From a virus (taxonomy: Duplodnaviria > Caudoviricetes), in IMG/VR virus record IMGVR_UViG_3300037484_000495, positions 1-45,446 of that record: a DNA stretch of 45,446 nt. One strand, 5' to 3'. The notes under the pieces were generated by a model, which saw only the letters and a program-made list of their open reading frames with translations, did not search any database and was not told the origin of the DNA. The stretch's first letter is position 1. Each line of letters starts with the position of its first letter. A program made the translations under genes and the position numbers. Below, piece after piece: positions 18,454 through 27,789 of this stretch.

Positions 18454-18665
18454 CCGTCTACGCCTACGAGCCCTTCCTGCTCTGCGGGACGTGCGGCGTG
18501 ACACGCCACCACGTCAGCCATAAGGAGCCGGTGCAGCTCGCAAGCGGGCGCGTGGACTTCTTCAAGCTGCGCTACTGCTGCAACGCATGTGAGCGCACCT
18601 GGGGGACCGAGACGGCCCTGCGCTCGTACGAGCCCGGATGGGCGGCCGAAAGGGAGACCCGATGA
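18450..18665 (+). CDS. small zinc-ribbon protein
   Basis: CGTC...CNAC; overlaps neighbours at both ends. Confidence 0.7.
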   Translation: MTVYAYEPFLLCGTCGVTRHHVSHKEPVQLASGRVDFFKLRYCCNACERTWGTETALRSYEPGWAAERETR

Positions 18666-19381
18666 TCGACGCTCTGGCCGTAGTCACGAACGAGGCCGTT
18701 GAGGGCGTGGACGCTCGCGAGCTGCACCGGATCCTCGGCGTAGGGCGGGACTTCTCGCACTGGATCTGCGAGCAGATCGCCAGGTTCGGCCTGGTCGAGG
18801 GCGAGGACTTCTCGCCATTTTCGGCGAAAAGCTCCGGCGGGCGCCCGGCGCTCGAGTACGCCCTGAGCCTGAACGCCGCCAAGCTGATCGCGCTCAGCCA
18901 GAACAGCGACGCCGCCAGGGGTGCACGCGCGGCGCTCCTGAAGATCGAGCGGGCGTGGAATAGCCCGTCCGCCGTCATGGCCCGTGCGCTGCAGATGGCG
19001 CACGCCGAGCTGATGCGGACGAAGCAGGAGCAGCAGCATGCCCTGGAGCAGATCGCCGTCCTGGCCCCGAAGGCGGAAGCGCACGACCGGCTCAGCGAGG
19101 CGAGGGGCGACGTGTCCCTGATGGACGCGGGACGCATCCTTGAGCAGCAGCCGCTCAAGTTCCTGCGGCGGCTGGAGGCCGACCGGATCCTGTTCCGCGG
19201 CTCACACGGCGTTCTGGAGCCGTTCGCTGAGCACCGTGACGCCGGGCGCTTCCGGGTGCGGGTGACGGAGGTCGACGGGAGGGCCTTCGTGCAGACGCTC
19301 GTCACGCCGGTCGGGCTGCAGTGGCTTGCCGCGCGCTACCCGGCGCCGCGCGCGCTCGTCTCGGCTGGGGGTGCTGCGTGA
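18662..19381 (+). CDS. antirepressor (AntA/AntB N-terminal + KilAC C-terminal)
   Basis: VDARELHRILGVGRDFSHWI, GGRPALEYALS, LAPKAE, QTLVTPVGLQWL. Confidence 0.92.
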   Translation: MIDALAVVTNEAVEGVDARELHRILGVGRDFSHWICEQIARFGLVEGEDFSPFSAKSSGGRPALEYALSLNAAKLIALSQNSDAARGARAALLKIERAWNSPSAVMARALQMAHAELMRTKQEQQHALEQIAVLAPKAEAHDRLSEARGDVSLMDAGRILEQQPLKFLRRLEADRILFRGSHGVLEPFAEHRDAGRFRVRVTEVDGRAFVQTLVTPVGLQWLAARYPAPRALVSAGGAA

Positions 19382-19671
19382 GCGGCGGCGAATGGGGCTA
19401 CATGTCGGACGAGTTCGAGCAGCGCGCCCAGGCTGCAAAGGATCTCGGGGAATGCTGGCGCCTTCTTGCCGCCCTGGAGCACGAGCTTGATTGGGGCATC
19501 TCGGGCGACACGTGCCTCTCATGCGCCAAGCGAAGGGTGGCGGAGGCTCTCATCGTCTTCTTCAACGATCGTTGCCAAAGCGCAACCGCAGCGGTGGCTC
19601 GCGCGCGGGCACGGACCCACGGACAGGATCTCTGCCCTCGGTGCGCCGGTGGCATTGGGGGTGCTGCGTGA
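19378..19671 (+). CDS. hypothetical protein flanked by 16-bp direct repeats
   Basis: GTGA overlaps at both ends; VSGGEWGYMSDEF...; CLSC and CPRC. Confidence 0.7.
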   Translation: MSGGEWGYMSDEFEQRAQAAKDLGECWRLLAALEHELDWGISGDTCLSCAKRRVAEALIVFFNDRCQSATAAVARARARTHGQDLCPRCAGGIGGAA

Positions 19672-19898
19672 TCGACTGGATCCACCGCGACGCCGTGGCG
19701 TGCGTAGAGGCTGAGCTGCAGGCGTCGGGCGTGAACATCGGCGCGGGCCAGCTACAGGTCGCCTTCGACATGGTCCAGCGCATCGAAGAGGCGGACCGCG
19801 CCCGGAAGCTGCGCGGCCTGGCGCGAGACCGCCAGCAGCAGGACCTCGACGAGGCCAGGCACCGCGCGCGCACCGTCGTCTCGTCTTCACAGCGATAG
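19668..19898 (+). CDS. hypothetical protein
   Basis: GTG overlapping the upstream TGA; VIDWIHRDAV... Confidence 0.65.
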   Translation: MIDWIHRDAVACVEAELQASGVNIGAGQLQVAFDMVQRIEEADRARKLRGLARDRQQQDLDEARHRARTVVSSSQR

Positions 19899-19909
19899 CA
19901 GGAGGGGCC

Positions 19910-20029
19910 ATGTTGACCAAGATCCGCCGTCTACTCGCCGCCGCGAACGCGTGCTGCTCGCTGGCGAACCACCACAACAGGCGCGCTGCCTCGATTATCA
20001 CCGGTGCGCACGCGTCGAGGCTCGCGTGA
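19910..20029 (+). CDS. 39-aa small protein
   Basis: AGGAGG RBS; MLTKIRRLLAAANACCSLANHH...; stop overlaps the next GTG; below the ORF-track cutoff. Confidence 0.55.
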   Translation: MLTKIRRLLAAANACCSLANHHNRRAASIITGAHASRLA

Positions 20030-20316
20030 GCGGCTCTCGCTGCAAGGCGATCAAGGCCGCGTTCCTCGCGCGGCACGGGCGGGCTCCGGGGATCATCCAG
20101 ATCGCCCCTGACGCCGCCGCCGGCCGCCTCTACCGCGTGGGCAAGGTCAAGACGGTGCGCGCCGTGTCGCACTGGCGGCGCCTCAAGGCGGAGCAGAAGC
20201 GGGAGGCGTCGACGCCGCGCACCTCCGCTCCGGGCTCCGTGGTGCAGCTGGCCCGCCTGGACGCGAAGAAGCGCGAGGCCAAGCGGCGGGACCGGAAGCG
20301 CGAGGCATCCGCATGA
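20026..20316 (+). CDS. basic hypothetical protein
   Basis: GTG coupled start; stop overlaps the YqaJ ATG. Confidence 0.6.
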   Translation: MSGSRCKAIKAAFLARHGRAPGIIQIAPDAAAGRLYRVGKVKTVRAVSHWRRLKAEQKREASTPRTSAPGSVVQLARLDAKKREAKRRDRKREASA

Positions 20317-21239
20317 GCGCCCCTGCGATCGTGCACACGGCCCGCGAGCAGTGGCTCGCCAGGCGCCGCGACCTGGTGACTGCCTCCGACATCGCGGCGA
20401 TCCTCGGCGTCGACCCACGCCGCGGCCCGCTGGCCGTGTACGCGGCCAAGGTGTCCGACGTCGTGGAGCCCGAGGAGCGCCGGTGGATGGCGTTCGGCCG
20501 GCGCGTCGAGGGTGCCATCGCCGACTGGTACGCCGACGAGACCGGCCGCCCCGCGCTCGACCTCGGGGCGCACGAGATCCAGGTCCACCCGGACATCCCG
20601 TGGCTCGGTGCGACGCTCGACCGGCGGACGGCGGGGAGCGAGGCGCACCCGGCCCCGGCGGACGGCCAGGGGCCGCTTGAGGCGAAGGCCGTCGCCGGCT
20701 TCAAGGCGCGCGAGTGGGTCGAGGACCCGCCGCTGCCCTACATCGTCCAGGTGCAGGTGCAGATGGCCTGCACGGGCGCGCAGTGGGGGAGCCTCGCCGC
20801 CCTGGTCGGAGGGATCGCGCTCGCGTGGAAGGACCTGGTGCGGGACGAGGCGTTCCTTGCCGCGGCGCTGCCGGTGCTCGAGGCGTTCCGCATGCGTGTC
20901 CTGCGTCGCGACCCGCCGGAAGCCGACGCGCTGCCCGGGACGAGCGAGGCGCTGCGTAAGCTCTTCCCGCAGGACGATGGGGAGACGGTCCCTCTCGAGG
21001 CCGAGGCTCTGGCGCTCGCCGACGAGTGGGAGGCCGCGAAGCTGCTGAAGACGGACGCCGAGTCCAAGGTCGACGAACTCGGCAACAAGCTCCGGCTCCG
21101 CATCGGCTCGGCCACGTTCGGCGCGCTCCCTGACGGGTCCCTGCTCTCGCTCAAGCTCACGAAGAGGGCGGGCTACACGGTCCAAGAGACGTCCTATCGG
21201 CAGCTCAGGCGCTCGCGCCCCAAGCTGCGCAGGAGGTAG
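20313..21239 (+). CDS. YqaJ-like recombination exonuclease
   Basis: EQWLARRR..VTASDIAAILG, GATLD, LEAK, YIVQVQVQM. Confidence 0.93.
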   Translation: MSAPAIVHTAREQWLARRRDLVTASDIAAILGVDPRRGPLAVYAAKVSDVVEPEERRWMAFGRRVEGAIADWYADETGRPALDLGAHEIQVHPDIPWLGATLDRRTAGSEAHPAPADGQGPLEAKAVAGFKAREWVEDPPLPYIVQVQVQMACTGAQWGSLAALVGGIALAWKDLVRDEAFLAAALPVLEAFRMRVLRRDPPEADALPGTSEALRKLFPQDDGETVPLEAEALALADEWEAAKLLKTDAESKVDELGNKLRLRIGSATFGALPDGSLLSLKLTKRAGYTVQETSYRQLRRSRPKLRRR

Positions 21240-21241
21240 CA

Positions 21242-22162
21242 GTGTCAAGCGAACCCACAATCGTCCCCGCCGTTCTCCCGCCGCAGGAGCCGCCGAGCGT
21301 CCCGATGGTGGCGCCTCCGCGCTCCTCGGTCGCGTTCGACGCCGACGACCCCGTCGCCCTGTACATGGACGGCGGCGTGTTCGAGCAGCTGCAGCGCGTC
21401 GCGAAGCTCATGGCGGCGTCCGCGCTCGTGCCCGAGCACCTCCGCGGCAAGGTGGCGGACTGCTCGCTCGTCGCGGCGCAGGCCTTCCGCTGGCGAACCG
21501 ACCCGTTCGCGGTTGCACAGCACACCTTCGTGCTCAAGGGCAAGCTCGGCTACGAGGGCAAGCTGATCGCGGCCGTCGTCAACAGCCACAAGAGCACCGA
21601 GCGTCGCCTGTCCTACACCTACAGCGGCGATGGAAAAACCCGCTCCGTCGTCGTGTCCGGACGGATCCGCGGAGAGGACAAGGACCGCACCGTCGAGGGC
21701 AACGTCGACCGCTGGGCCACGGACAACGAGCAGTGGCGGAAGGACCCGGATCAGATGCTCGCCTATCGCGGCGCGCGCCAGTGGGCCCGGCGCCACATGC
21801 CGGAGGCCATGATCGGGATTCAGGCCGAGGAAGAGGTCCGCGAGGCGGTCGATCTGGAGCTCGCCGAGTCGGGCGCGTTCGAAGCTCCGAAGACCTTGGC
21901 CGACCTGACGGCGAAGCTCGCCCCCCGGCCGGCCGTCCCAGAGGCCGAGAAGAAGCCCGGCGGCTGCTCGCATCCCGACGTGCCCCCGTCGAAGCTCGCG
22001 GCGCTGGCGCCCGGCAAGTCGCTCGTCTGCCCGGCGTGCGCCGAGGAGCTGAAGGCCGAGGAGCGCCAGCCGGGCGAGGACGAGGGACCGGCGACGGCCG
22101 TCGAGACGTCGAGCGCGCCGCGCCATGCGAGCCGGCCGTGTCAGGGGCGGCTGCAGGAGTAG
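21242..22162 (+). CDS. recT: RecT-like single-strand annealing protein
   Basis: VPEHLRGK.ADC...DPFAVAQ...GKLGYEGKLI...WRKDPDQMLAYR; directly after YqaJ. Confidence 0.85.
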   Translation: MSSEPTIVPAVLPPQEPPSVPMVAPPRSSVAFDADDPVALYMDGGVFEQLQRVAKLMAASALVPEHLRGKVADCSLVAAQAFRWRTDPFAVAQHTFVLKGKLGYEGKLIAAVVNSHKSTERRLSYTYSGDGKTRSVVVSGRIRGEDKDRTVEGNVDRWATDNEQWRKDPDQMLAYRGARQWARRHMPEAMIGIQAEEEVREAVDLELAESGAFEAPKTLADLTAKLAPRPAVPEAEKKPGGCSHPDVPPSKLAALAPGKSLVCPACAEELKAEERQPGEDEGPATAVETSSAPRHASRPCQGRLQE

Positions 22163-22252
22163 ACACCGCGGAGGAAGTGGTAGCCCGCGGGCGTGTCGGC
22201 GCGGGACGGGTCGGCTAGGGGTGGGTGAGGCCGGCTGGGAAAGGGAGGCAGC

Positions 22253-23836
22253 GTGGCGAGCAAGGCGAAGGACAGCGGGCGGCTCACGGTCGCGAGACTC
22301 ACGGTGCGCAACGTCCTCGGCGTTGAGGACCACGTGATCGACCTCGACACCATCACCGTGCTGCAGGGGGCGAACGCGACGGGGAAATCGAGCCACCTAA
22401 AGGCGTTGCGCTCGGCGCTCGGGATCGACAGGACGGCGCTCGCGCGCCTGGCGCGGCTCAGCGACACCCCAGGCGAGGCCGAGGATCCGACCGTCGAGGT
22501 GCTCCTCGTCGGCGACGGCCGCGAGGTCCAGGTCACGCGTAAGGGCTCAGGCTCTCCCGAGGTCAAGGAGCGCATCGGCGAGGACTGGCGCAAGGTGGCG
22601 CGCCCCGTTGAGTGGCTGCGCGACCTGATCGACGTCTCGGCCGCCAACCCGGCGGCGTGGCTCGCGGCCGACGACGAGACGCGCGCGACCATGCTGCTGG
22701 AGGCGATGCCGCTCGAGGGCTACAGCCGCGCGGCGGCGCTCAAGGCGGCGGGGCTCGAGGGCTTCACGCTGCCCGCCATCCCGGCCGGGCTCCACCCGCT
22801 GGAGGACCTCGAGCAGATCGAGGCCGCCGTGTTCTCGTCGCGCACCGTCGTCAACGGGCAGCAGCGAGACGAGCACAACGCGGCGCAGAAGCTCCTCGCT
22901 GGGCTCCCAGCCGAGGCGCCGAAGGACGCGGCGGCCGAGGTCGCGCTGCTCGATCGGGCGACGAGCGCCCGAGCCGCCGAGCTGGCTGCAGAGCAGGCCC
23001 GCGTCGCGGACGCGCTGGAGGCGGCCACACGCGACGCCGAGACGCATCTCGACCTCGCCGGCGCGAAGGTCAAAGGCGACTTCCGAACCGAGGCCCAGAA
23101 GCTCCGGACGGCACACGAGGCCCAGGCCGCAGAGATCCGGGCCGAGGCCGAGCGCCAGGTCTCGGCGTTGGCAGCCAGGGTCGAGCAGGACGTCGACGCG
23201 CTGCGAGCGAAGGGGGAGCGTGAGATCGCCGCGGCCGAGAGCGTGGCCGACGCCGCCGTGGCGACCGCCCAGCAGACCCACGCCGTGGCCCTCAAGGCCC
23301 TCGACGCGCATCGGGCAGCCCTCGCCACCGACCGCGAGCGCCTGGCCGCCCTGCGGGGGCAGCAGCAGTCCGTTGCCACCGACACGCACGTCAGGACGAC
23401 GGCCGCCCAGGGCGAGGCCCGCGCGCGCCAGCATGAGGCCAAGGCTCAGGCCCTCACCGCGTCACTCGAGGCTCTGAAGCGCTACCGGCTGGAGCTGGCC
23501 GAGCGTCTCCCAATCAAGGGCCTGGCCGTCCACTTCGACGAAAAAGGCCGCAAGAGCTTGACCCTCGACGGTGTGCCGCTGAGCCAGGTCAATGACGGGC
23601 GTCTCGCCGAGCTCGCCACCGAGGTCTCTCTCCTGCGGAGCCGTCCGCCCGAGGATGGGCGCCCCTACCTGCCGCTCATCCTGCTGGACGGGATCGAGCG
23701 GCTCGACAAGGCGCGGCGCGCCGCCGTGCTGCGGTCTGTGGCGGCTCGTGGCGCCCAGGTAGTGGCCGCCGTCGTCGGGGATGGGGCGCTCCGGACCCTG
23801 CGCGGCGAAGAAGCGCTGAAGGGCGAGGCTGCCTGA
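22253..23836 (+). CDS. SMC/Rad50-like coiled-coil AAA ATPase
   Basis: Walker A GANATGKS, long coiled coil, Walker B ILLDGIERLD. Confidence 0.85.
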   Translation: MASKAKDSGRLTVARLTVRNVLGVEDHVIDLDTITVLQGANATGKSSHLKALRSALGIDRTALARLARLSDTPGEAEDPTVEVLLVGDGREVQVTRKGSGSPEVKERIGEDWRKVARPVEWLRDLIDVSAANPAAWLAADDETRATMLLEAMPLEGYSRAAALKAAGLEGFTLPAIPAGLHPLEDLEQIEAAVFSSRTVVNGQQRDEHNAAQKLLAGLPAEAPKDAAAEVALLDRATSARAAELAAEQARVADALEAATRDAETHLDLAGAKVKGDFRTEAQKLRTAHEAQAAEIRAEAERQVSALAARVEQDVDALRAKGEREIAAAESVADAAVATAQQTHAVALKALDAHRAALATDRERLAALRGQQQSVATDTHVRTTAAQGEARARQHEAKAQALTASLEALKRYRLELAERLPIKGLAVHFDEKGRKSLTLDGVPLSQVNDGRLAELATEVSLLRSRPPEDGRPYLPLILLDGIERLDKARRAAVLRSVAARGAQVVAAVVGDGALRTLRGEEALKGEAA

Positions 23837-24015
23837 TGTACCACCAGCGATACCGAGGACCGAGGCCGCAGTGCTGGGCCGCGAAGCCGCTGACCGAGGG
23901 CGGACGCTGCACCGATAGGGCGCTGCCTGGGTCGACGCTGTGCGGGCCCTGCCTGCGGCAGCGGACGCTCATTGGGCACATCCGCCTCGTCCCTGTCGCG
24001 AGGGCGACCGCGTGA
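23836..24015 (+). CDS. small Cys-rich protein
   Basis: TGATG coupling; MYHQRYRGPRPQCWA...GGRC...LCGPC; manual translation. Confidence 0.6.
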   Translation: MYHQRYRGPRPQCWAAKPLTEGGRCTDRALPGSTLCGPCLRQRTLIGHIRLVPVARATA

Positions 24016-24320
24016 GGGCCCACACGCCGGGGCCGTGGAGTGTCTGTATCCCGACTCCCGAGCAACATCCGGGATACGAGGATGGGACACGCGATATTGA
24101 CGTGTGGGGAGCGGACGAGTCCTACATCGCAGATATCGCTGGTCCAGCAGAAGTGCAGGAAGGCAACGCATACCTGATCGGCGCGGCTCTGGAGATGTAC
24201 GAAGGGCTCGAGGCCGCCGTGCTGGAGCTGACGACGGTCGGTCAGGGCCATGGGCACAGCCACAGCAAGGAGGTGATCGACCGCTTGCTCGCCATCATCG
24301 CGAGGGCTGAAGGCCGATGA
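24012..24320 (+). CDS. conserved phage hypothetical protein (HTPGPW-type)
   Basis: HTPGPW...NAYLIGAALEMYEGLE...IIARAEG. Confidence 0.8.
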   Translation: MRAHTPGPWSVCIPTPEQHPGYEDGTRDIDVWGADESYIADIAGPAEVQEGNAYLIGAALEMYEGLEAAVLELTTVGQGHGHSHSKEVIDRLLAIIARAEGR

Positions 24321-24559
24321 CCGACCGCGAGGAGTGGCGCTTGCTGTGGTGGAGCACGGGCGGCGTGGCCCTGATCTGCCTCGGGGCCTGGGCGCTACCG
24401 ACTGCGGCGACGTGGGCCGCTGCTGCGTTCGGGGCCTTCGCGGACAGGTTTCGGGGAGCGACCGGCGCGGCTGTGCTGCTGCTCGGGGGCGTCGTCCTGG
24501 CGGCTGGCTTCCTGGCGGCCTGCGCCTGGCGTGAGACGACGATCACGGAGGTGCCGTGA
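24317..24559 (+). CDS. small membrane protein
   Basis: Two hydrophobic helices; coupled to neighbours. Confidence 0.7.
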   Translation: MTDREEWRLLWWSTGGVALICLGAWALPTAATWAAAAFGAFADRFRGATGAAVLLLGGVVLAAGFLAACAWRETTITEVP

Positions 24560-24822
24560 AGCCGCGCCAGCTCCTCCCGTGGCTACGCCGCCGGCTGCTC
24601 CTGGCCCCCTGGGTGGCGCGCACGCTGTGGCGCCGCCTGCGGCTCCGTGTGTGGACCGAGCAAGGGAAGTGGCTGGAGAACAGCTACCACTCGGCGCGGC
24701 TGGAGCACGCGAGGCTCACGGTACTGCTGGCGCGTCACGAGGCCCGGGGCCGTGAGCTGCGCGGAGAGGCGCAAGACAAGCTGGCGGTGACACATAGACA
24801 CTGGCGGAGGTCGGAGCCATGA
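24556..24822 (+). CDS. hypothetical protein
   Basis: GGAGG RBS; 4-nt overlaps. Confidence 0.65.
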   Translation: MKPRQLLPWLRRRLLLAPWVARTLWRRLRLRVWTEQGKWLENSYHSARLEHARLTVLLARHEARGRELRGEAQDKLAVTHRHWRRSEP

Positions 24823-25013
24823 AGCAGCGCCCACTATTGACGACATGTGACCGCTGCGCGCGTCGGCGCCAGTGTGTCCTGCTCGCGGGGACGAACAGCT
24901 TCCGACTCTGGGTGTGCCGATCCTGTCTCGTCGCGATCTTGAACTCCTGCGCTGTCGGAATCTGGTCCTACCCACAATCGCGGCCCTCCATCCAAGCCTC
25001 GGGGACAAAGTGA
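24819..25013 (+). CDS. small zinc-finger-like protein
   Basis: CDRC...CRSC; coupled. Confidence 0.6.
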   Translation: MKQRPLLTTCDRCARRRQCVLLAGTNSFRLWVCRSCLVAILNSCAVGIWSYPQSRPSIQASGTK

Positions 25014-25975
25014 GCCTCCGCGCTCCGTTCCCATGGTTCGGAGGTAAGAGCCGCGTGGCCGGCATTGTATGGGATCGGTTCGGGGACGTACCTAACTACG
25101 TTGAGCCCTTCGCTGGGTCGCTTGCCGTCCTGCTGGGCAGGCCAACGGAGGCCAAGACGGAGACGGTGAACGACTCGGACACCTACCTCGCGAACTTCTG
25201 GCGGGCCGTCCAGGCCGATCCGGTCGAGGTCGCGCTGTGGGCGGGCTGGCCGGTGAATGAGTGCGACCTGCACGCGCGGCACAAATGGCTCGTCAAGATC
25301 GCCCCCGACTGGCACGAGCGGATGCGCGCCGAGCCAGACTTCTACAATACGAAGATCGCCGGATGGTGGGTGTGGGGCGTAGCCTGCTGGATTGGCTCCG
25401 GATGGTGCTCGCAGCCAAGCTGGGAGGGCCGCCGGGTCCGCGGGGATGGGGCTCCATCGGAACAGCTCCCGCACCTCGGGAACGCGGGGATGGGGCTCCA
25501 TCGCAAGCTCCCGCACCTCGGGGACGCGGGGAGGGGAACGCTGCTGTGGATGCTCTCCCTGGCCGATCGCCTGCGCCGTGTCCGCGTCGGGTGCGGGGAC
25601 TGGACGCGGATCATGGGCGAGAGCGTGACGTCGAAGCACGGCGTGACCGGGGTGTTCCTCGACCCGCCCTATTCGGACGACGAGCACGTGGTCGAGTACG
25701 GAGCGCCGAGCCGACCGAACGTGGCGAAGGAAGCCGCGGCCTGGGCGATAGAGAACGGGGACAACCCGATGCTCCGGATTGCCCTCTGCGGCTACGAGGG
25801 CGAGCACGAGCTACCCAACTCCTGGCAGAAGGTCGAATGGAAGGCGCGCGGGGGCTACGGCTCTCAGGGTGACGGCGCCGGCCGGGAGAACGCCGGCCGC
25901 GAGCGGATCTGGTTCTCGCCCCATTGCCCAGGTAAGCGCATCTCCGGCCCCCTCTTCGCCGAGGCGACCCCATGA
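25010..25975 (+). CDS. DNA adenine methyltransferase (Dam/D12 class)
   Basis: PFPWFGGKS, YVEPFAGS, VND, FLDPPY. Confidence 0.93.
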   Translation: MSLRAPFPWFGGKSRVAGIVWDRFGDVPNYVEPFAGSLAVLLGRPTEAKTETVNDSDTYLANFWRAVQADPVEVALWAGWPVNECDLHARHKWLVKIAPDWHERMRAEPDFYNTKIAGWWVWGVACWIGSGWCSQPSWEGRRVRGDGAPSEQLPHLGNAGMGLHRKLPHLGDAGRGTLLWMLSLADRLRRVRVGCGDWTRIMGESVTSKHGVTGVFLDPPYSDDEHVVEYGAPSRPNVAKEAAAWAIENGDNPMLRIALCGYEGEHELPNSWQKVEWKARGGYGSQGDGAGRENAGRERIWFSPHCPGKRISGPLFAEATP

Positions 25976-26220
25976 CCGCGCTCCTGCGAGTCCTCGTCGG
26001 CTGCGACCGCTGCCCGGACGCTCGCCCCAATGGGCTCTACGCGCACGCCGAGGGCCCCTTCGCGCGCCTGTGCTCGAGCTGCTGGGTCGCGATGGGGCGC
26101 CCCTGGCCGCGCCACGCCAAGAGCATGCAGCAGGTCCACGAGTCCGAGGTCGCCATCCGCGCCGGCATGACGGCCCGCGGCTCCACCGACCGGCACATGG
26201 TCCGCAACGGGAGGACGTAG
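25972..26220 (+). CDS. small zinc-finger-like protein
   Basis: CDRC...CSSC; coupled. Confidence 0.6.
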   Translation: MTALLRVLVGCDRCPDARPNGLYAHAEGPFARLCSSCWVAMGRPWPRHAKSMQQVHESEVAIRAGMTARGSTDRHMVRNGRT

Positions 26221-26224
26221 CTCG

Positions 26225-26992
26225 ATGGCACGCCAGCGCATCATCAAGCCGGACTTCTTCACGGACGAGGACCTGGCGCGCTGCTCGCCGCACGCCCGAC
26301 TGCTGTTCTCTGGGCTCTGGACGCTGGCCGACAAGCGGGGGCGCATGAAGGACCAGCCCCCGGTCATCCATGGGGCCATCTTCCCCTACGAGCCGGGGCT
26401 CAACGTCGACGGCCTGCTGGGCGAGCTGGCCGCGGGCGGATTCATCGATCGGTACGAGGTCGACGGGAAGCGCTACCTCAGCATCCCGAAGTTCGAGACG
26501 CACCAGCGCCCGCATCCCAAGGAGATTGAGAGCCTTATCCCTGCTTGCCCGCAAGGAAACGGCACGGCCGCGAAAGTACACGGCTCAGCCGTGGAAAGAA
26601 ACGGCCCAGCCGGACGATTTCTGTCTGTTCCTTCTGTTCCTTCTAAGCCTTCGGATGTCGGTAGGTCGGAATGCATACCCGTCCCGGGCAGCAACGGCAA
26701 CGAACCTCCTGCCCTCCCGCCGGCTGACGCTGCGGAACGGTCCATCCGGCAGAAAACGGACGCGCTGAGGACGAAGCTCTACGCGCTGGTGACGGAGGCC
26801 GAACGGCTGGACCCGAAGAAACGGGACCCCACTGAGCTCATCCGGCTGTTCACGTCGTACCGGAACCGGGACGGCAAGGACGTGGGCGGCGTCGTCAACG
26901 CGGGGCTTCTGACGCACGAGCGGCTGGAGCGGTCGATCGCGGACGCCGAGGAGCAGATCGAGGACTGGAGACATGGGAAACGATCGGCGTAG
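26225..26992 (+). CDS. replication initiator/replisome organiser
   Basis: MARQRIIKPDFFTDE...RLLFSGLWTLADKRGR...IFPY...IPKFETHQRP; internal iterons. Confidence 0.85.
   Translation: MARQRIIKPDFFTDEDLARCSPHARLLFSGLWTLADKRGRMKDQPPVIHGAIFPYEPGLNVDGLLGELAAGGFIDRYEVDGKRYLSIPKFETHQRPHPKEIESLIPACPQGNGTAAKVHGSAVERNGPAGRFLSVPSVPSKPSDVGRSECIPVPGSNGNEPPALPPADAAERSIRQKTDALRTKLYALVTEAERLDPKKRDPTELIRLFTSYRNRDGKDVGGVVNAGLLTHERLERSIADAEEQIEDWRHGKRSA
26559..26645. other. putative replication origin (3 palindromic iterons + pyrimidine tract)
   Basis: aCGGC-N3-GCCG at 26559, 26580, 26601 (21-bp period), then tttctgtctgttccttctgttccttct. Confidence 0.7.
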
Positions 26993-27374
26993 CGGGTCTG
27001 CGGGTCCGAAGACCTTCGACTCGAAGGAAGACCGCGACGCGTGGCAGCTCCGCCAGTACGGGCACGCGCGGAACGCCTTCCGCGAGCCAGACGAGCCGAC
27101 CGACGGTCGCCCGGTTCTGGTCCGCGCTCCGTTCTGGCACGACGGCAACGAGCAAGCCGTGTACGAGGCCGCCGTCTCAGGCAACCCGATCAAGCCAGGC
27201 GAGGGCCCATTCACGTACATCAGGCGCATCTCGGCGCTGGTGACCGGCGAGGCCGGCGGAATCGGCAGCATGCCGCGGCGCCGCATGTCTCAACGCGAGT
27301 GGGAGCGAAAGCAGTGGGAGGTCAAGCGCGTTGGCGCCGGGTACTTCCGCGACCCGAGCGGGCCTGAGTCGTGA
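26973..27374 (+). CDS. hypothetical protein (helicase-loader position)
   Basis: GGAG RBS; follows the initiator. Confidence 0.6.
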   Translation: MGNDRRSGSAGPKTFDSKEDRDAWQLRQYGHARNAFREPDEPTDGRPVLVRAPFWHDGNEQAVYEAAVSGNPIKPGEGPFTYIRRISALVTGEAGGIGSMPRRRMSQREWERKQWEVKRVGAGYFRDPSGPES

Positions 27375-27408
27375 AACGGGTAGCAGGACGTAGGAACTGG
27401 AGGCCATT

Positions 27409-27789
27409 GTGAGAGCCACAGGGCACCGCGGGCGCAAGGACTCGAACCAAGCCGCGATCGTGGAACTCCTGCGCTTTGTGGGCGCGAGCGTGGGAATCAC
27501 GAGCGGGGCACAGGGGGGCCTTTCGGATCTCATCGTCGGGTGGAGGCGCACGAACTACATCCTGGAGGTGAAAGACGGTGCGAAGGCGCCGAGCGAACGC
27601 CGGCTGACGCCAGCCGAGCAGTACTTCGTCGACCACTGGCAAGGGCTCCCCGTCGCGATCGTGGAGGACGAGGTGGACGCACTGTTGGCGATCGGGTTCA
27701 GCGAGCCCGAGGCGCAGCTCGCGGTGTTGGCGCTGGCGCAGCGGAAGGGCCGCAAGAGGCAGGCGCTCGAAAGCGAGAGACCAGCATGA
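27409..27789 (+). CDS. VRR-NUC/PD-(D/E)xK resolvase-like nuclease
   Basis: RKDSNQAAIV...DLIVG...LEVKDG..RRLTPAE. Confidence 0.82.
   Translation: MRATGHRGRKDSNQAAIVELLRFVGASVGITSGAQGGLSDLIVGWRRTNYILEVKDGAKAPSERRLTPAEQYFVDHWQGLPVAIVEDEVDALLAIGFSEPEAQLAVLALAQRKGRKRQALESERPA

Noticed and set aside
22203-22225. G-quadruplex motif upstream of the ATPase gene
   Set aside because: Fits G3N1-7 x4, but such motifs are expected by chance at this GC content
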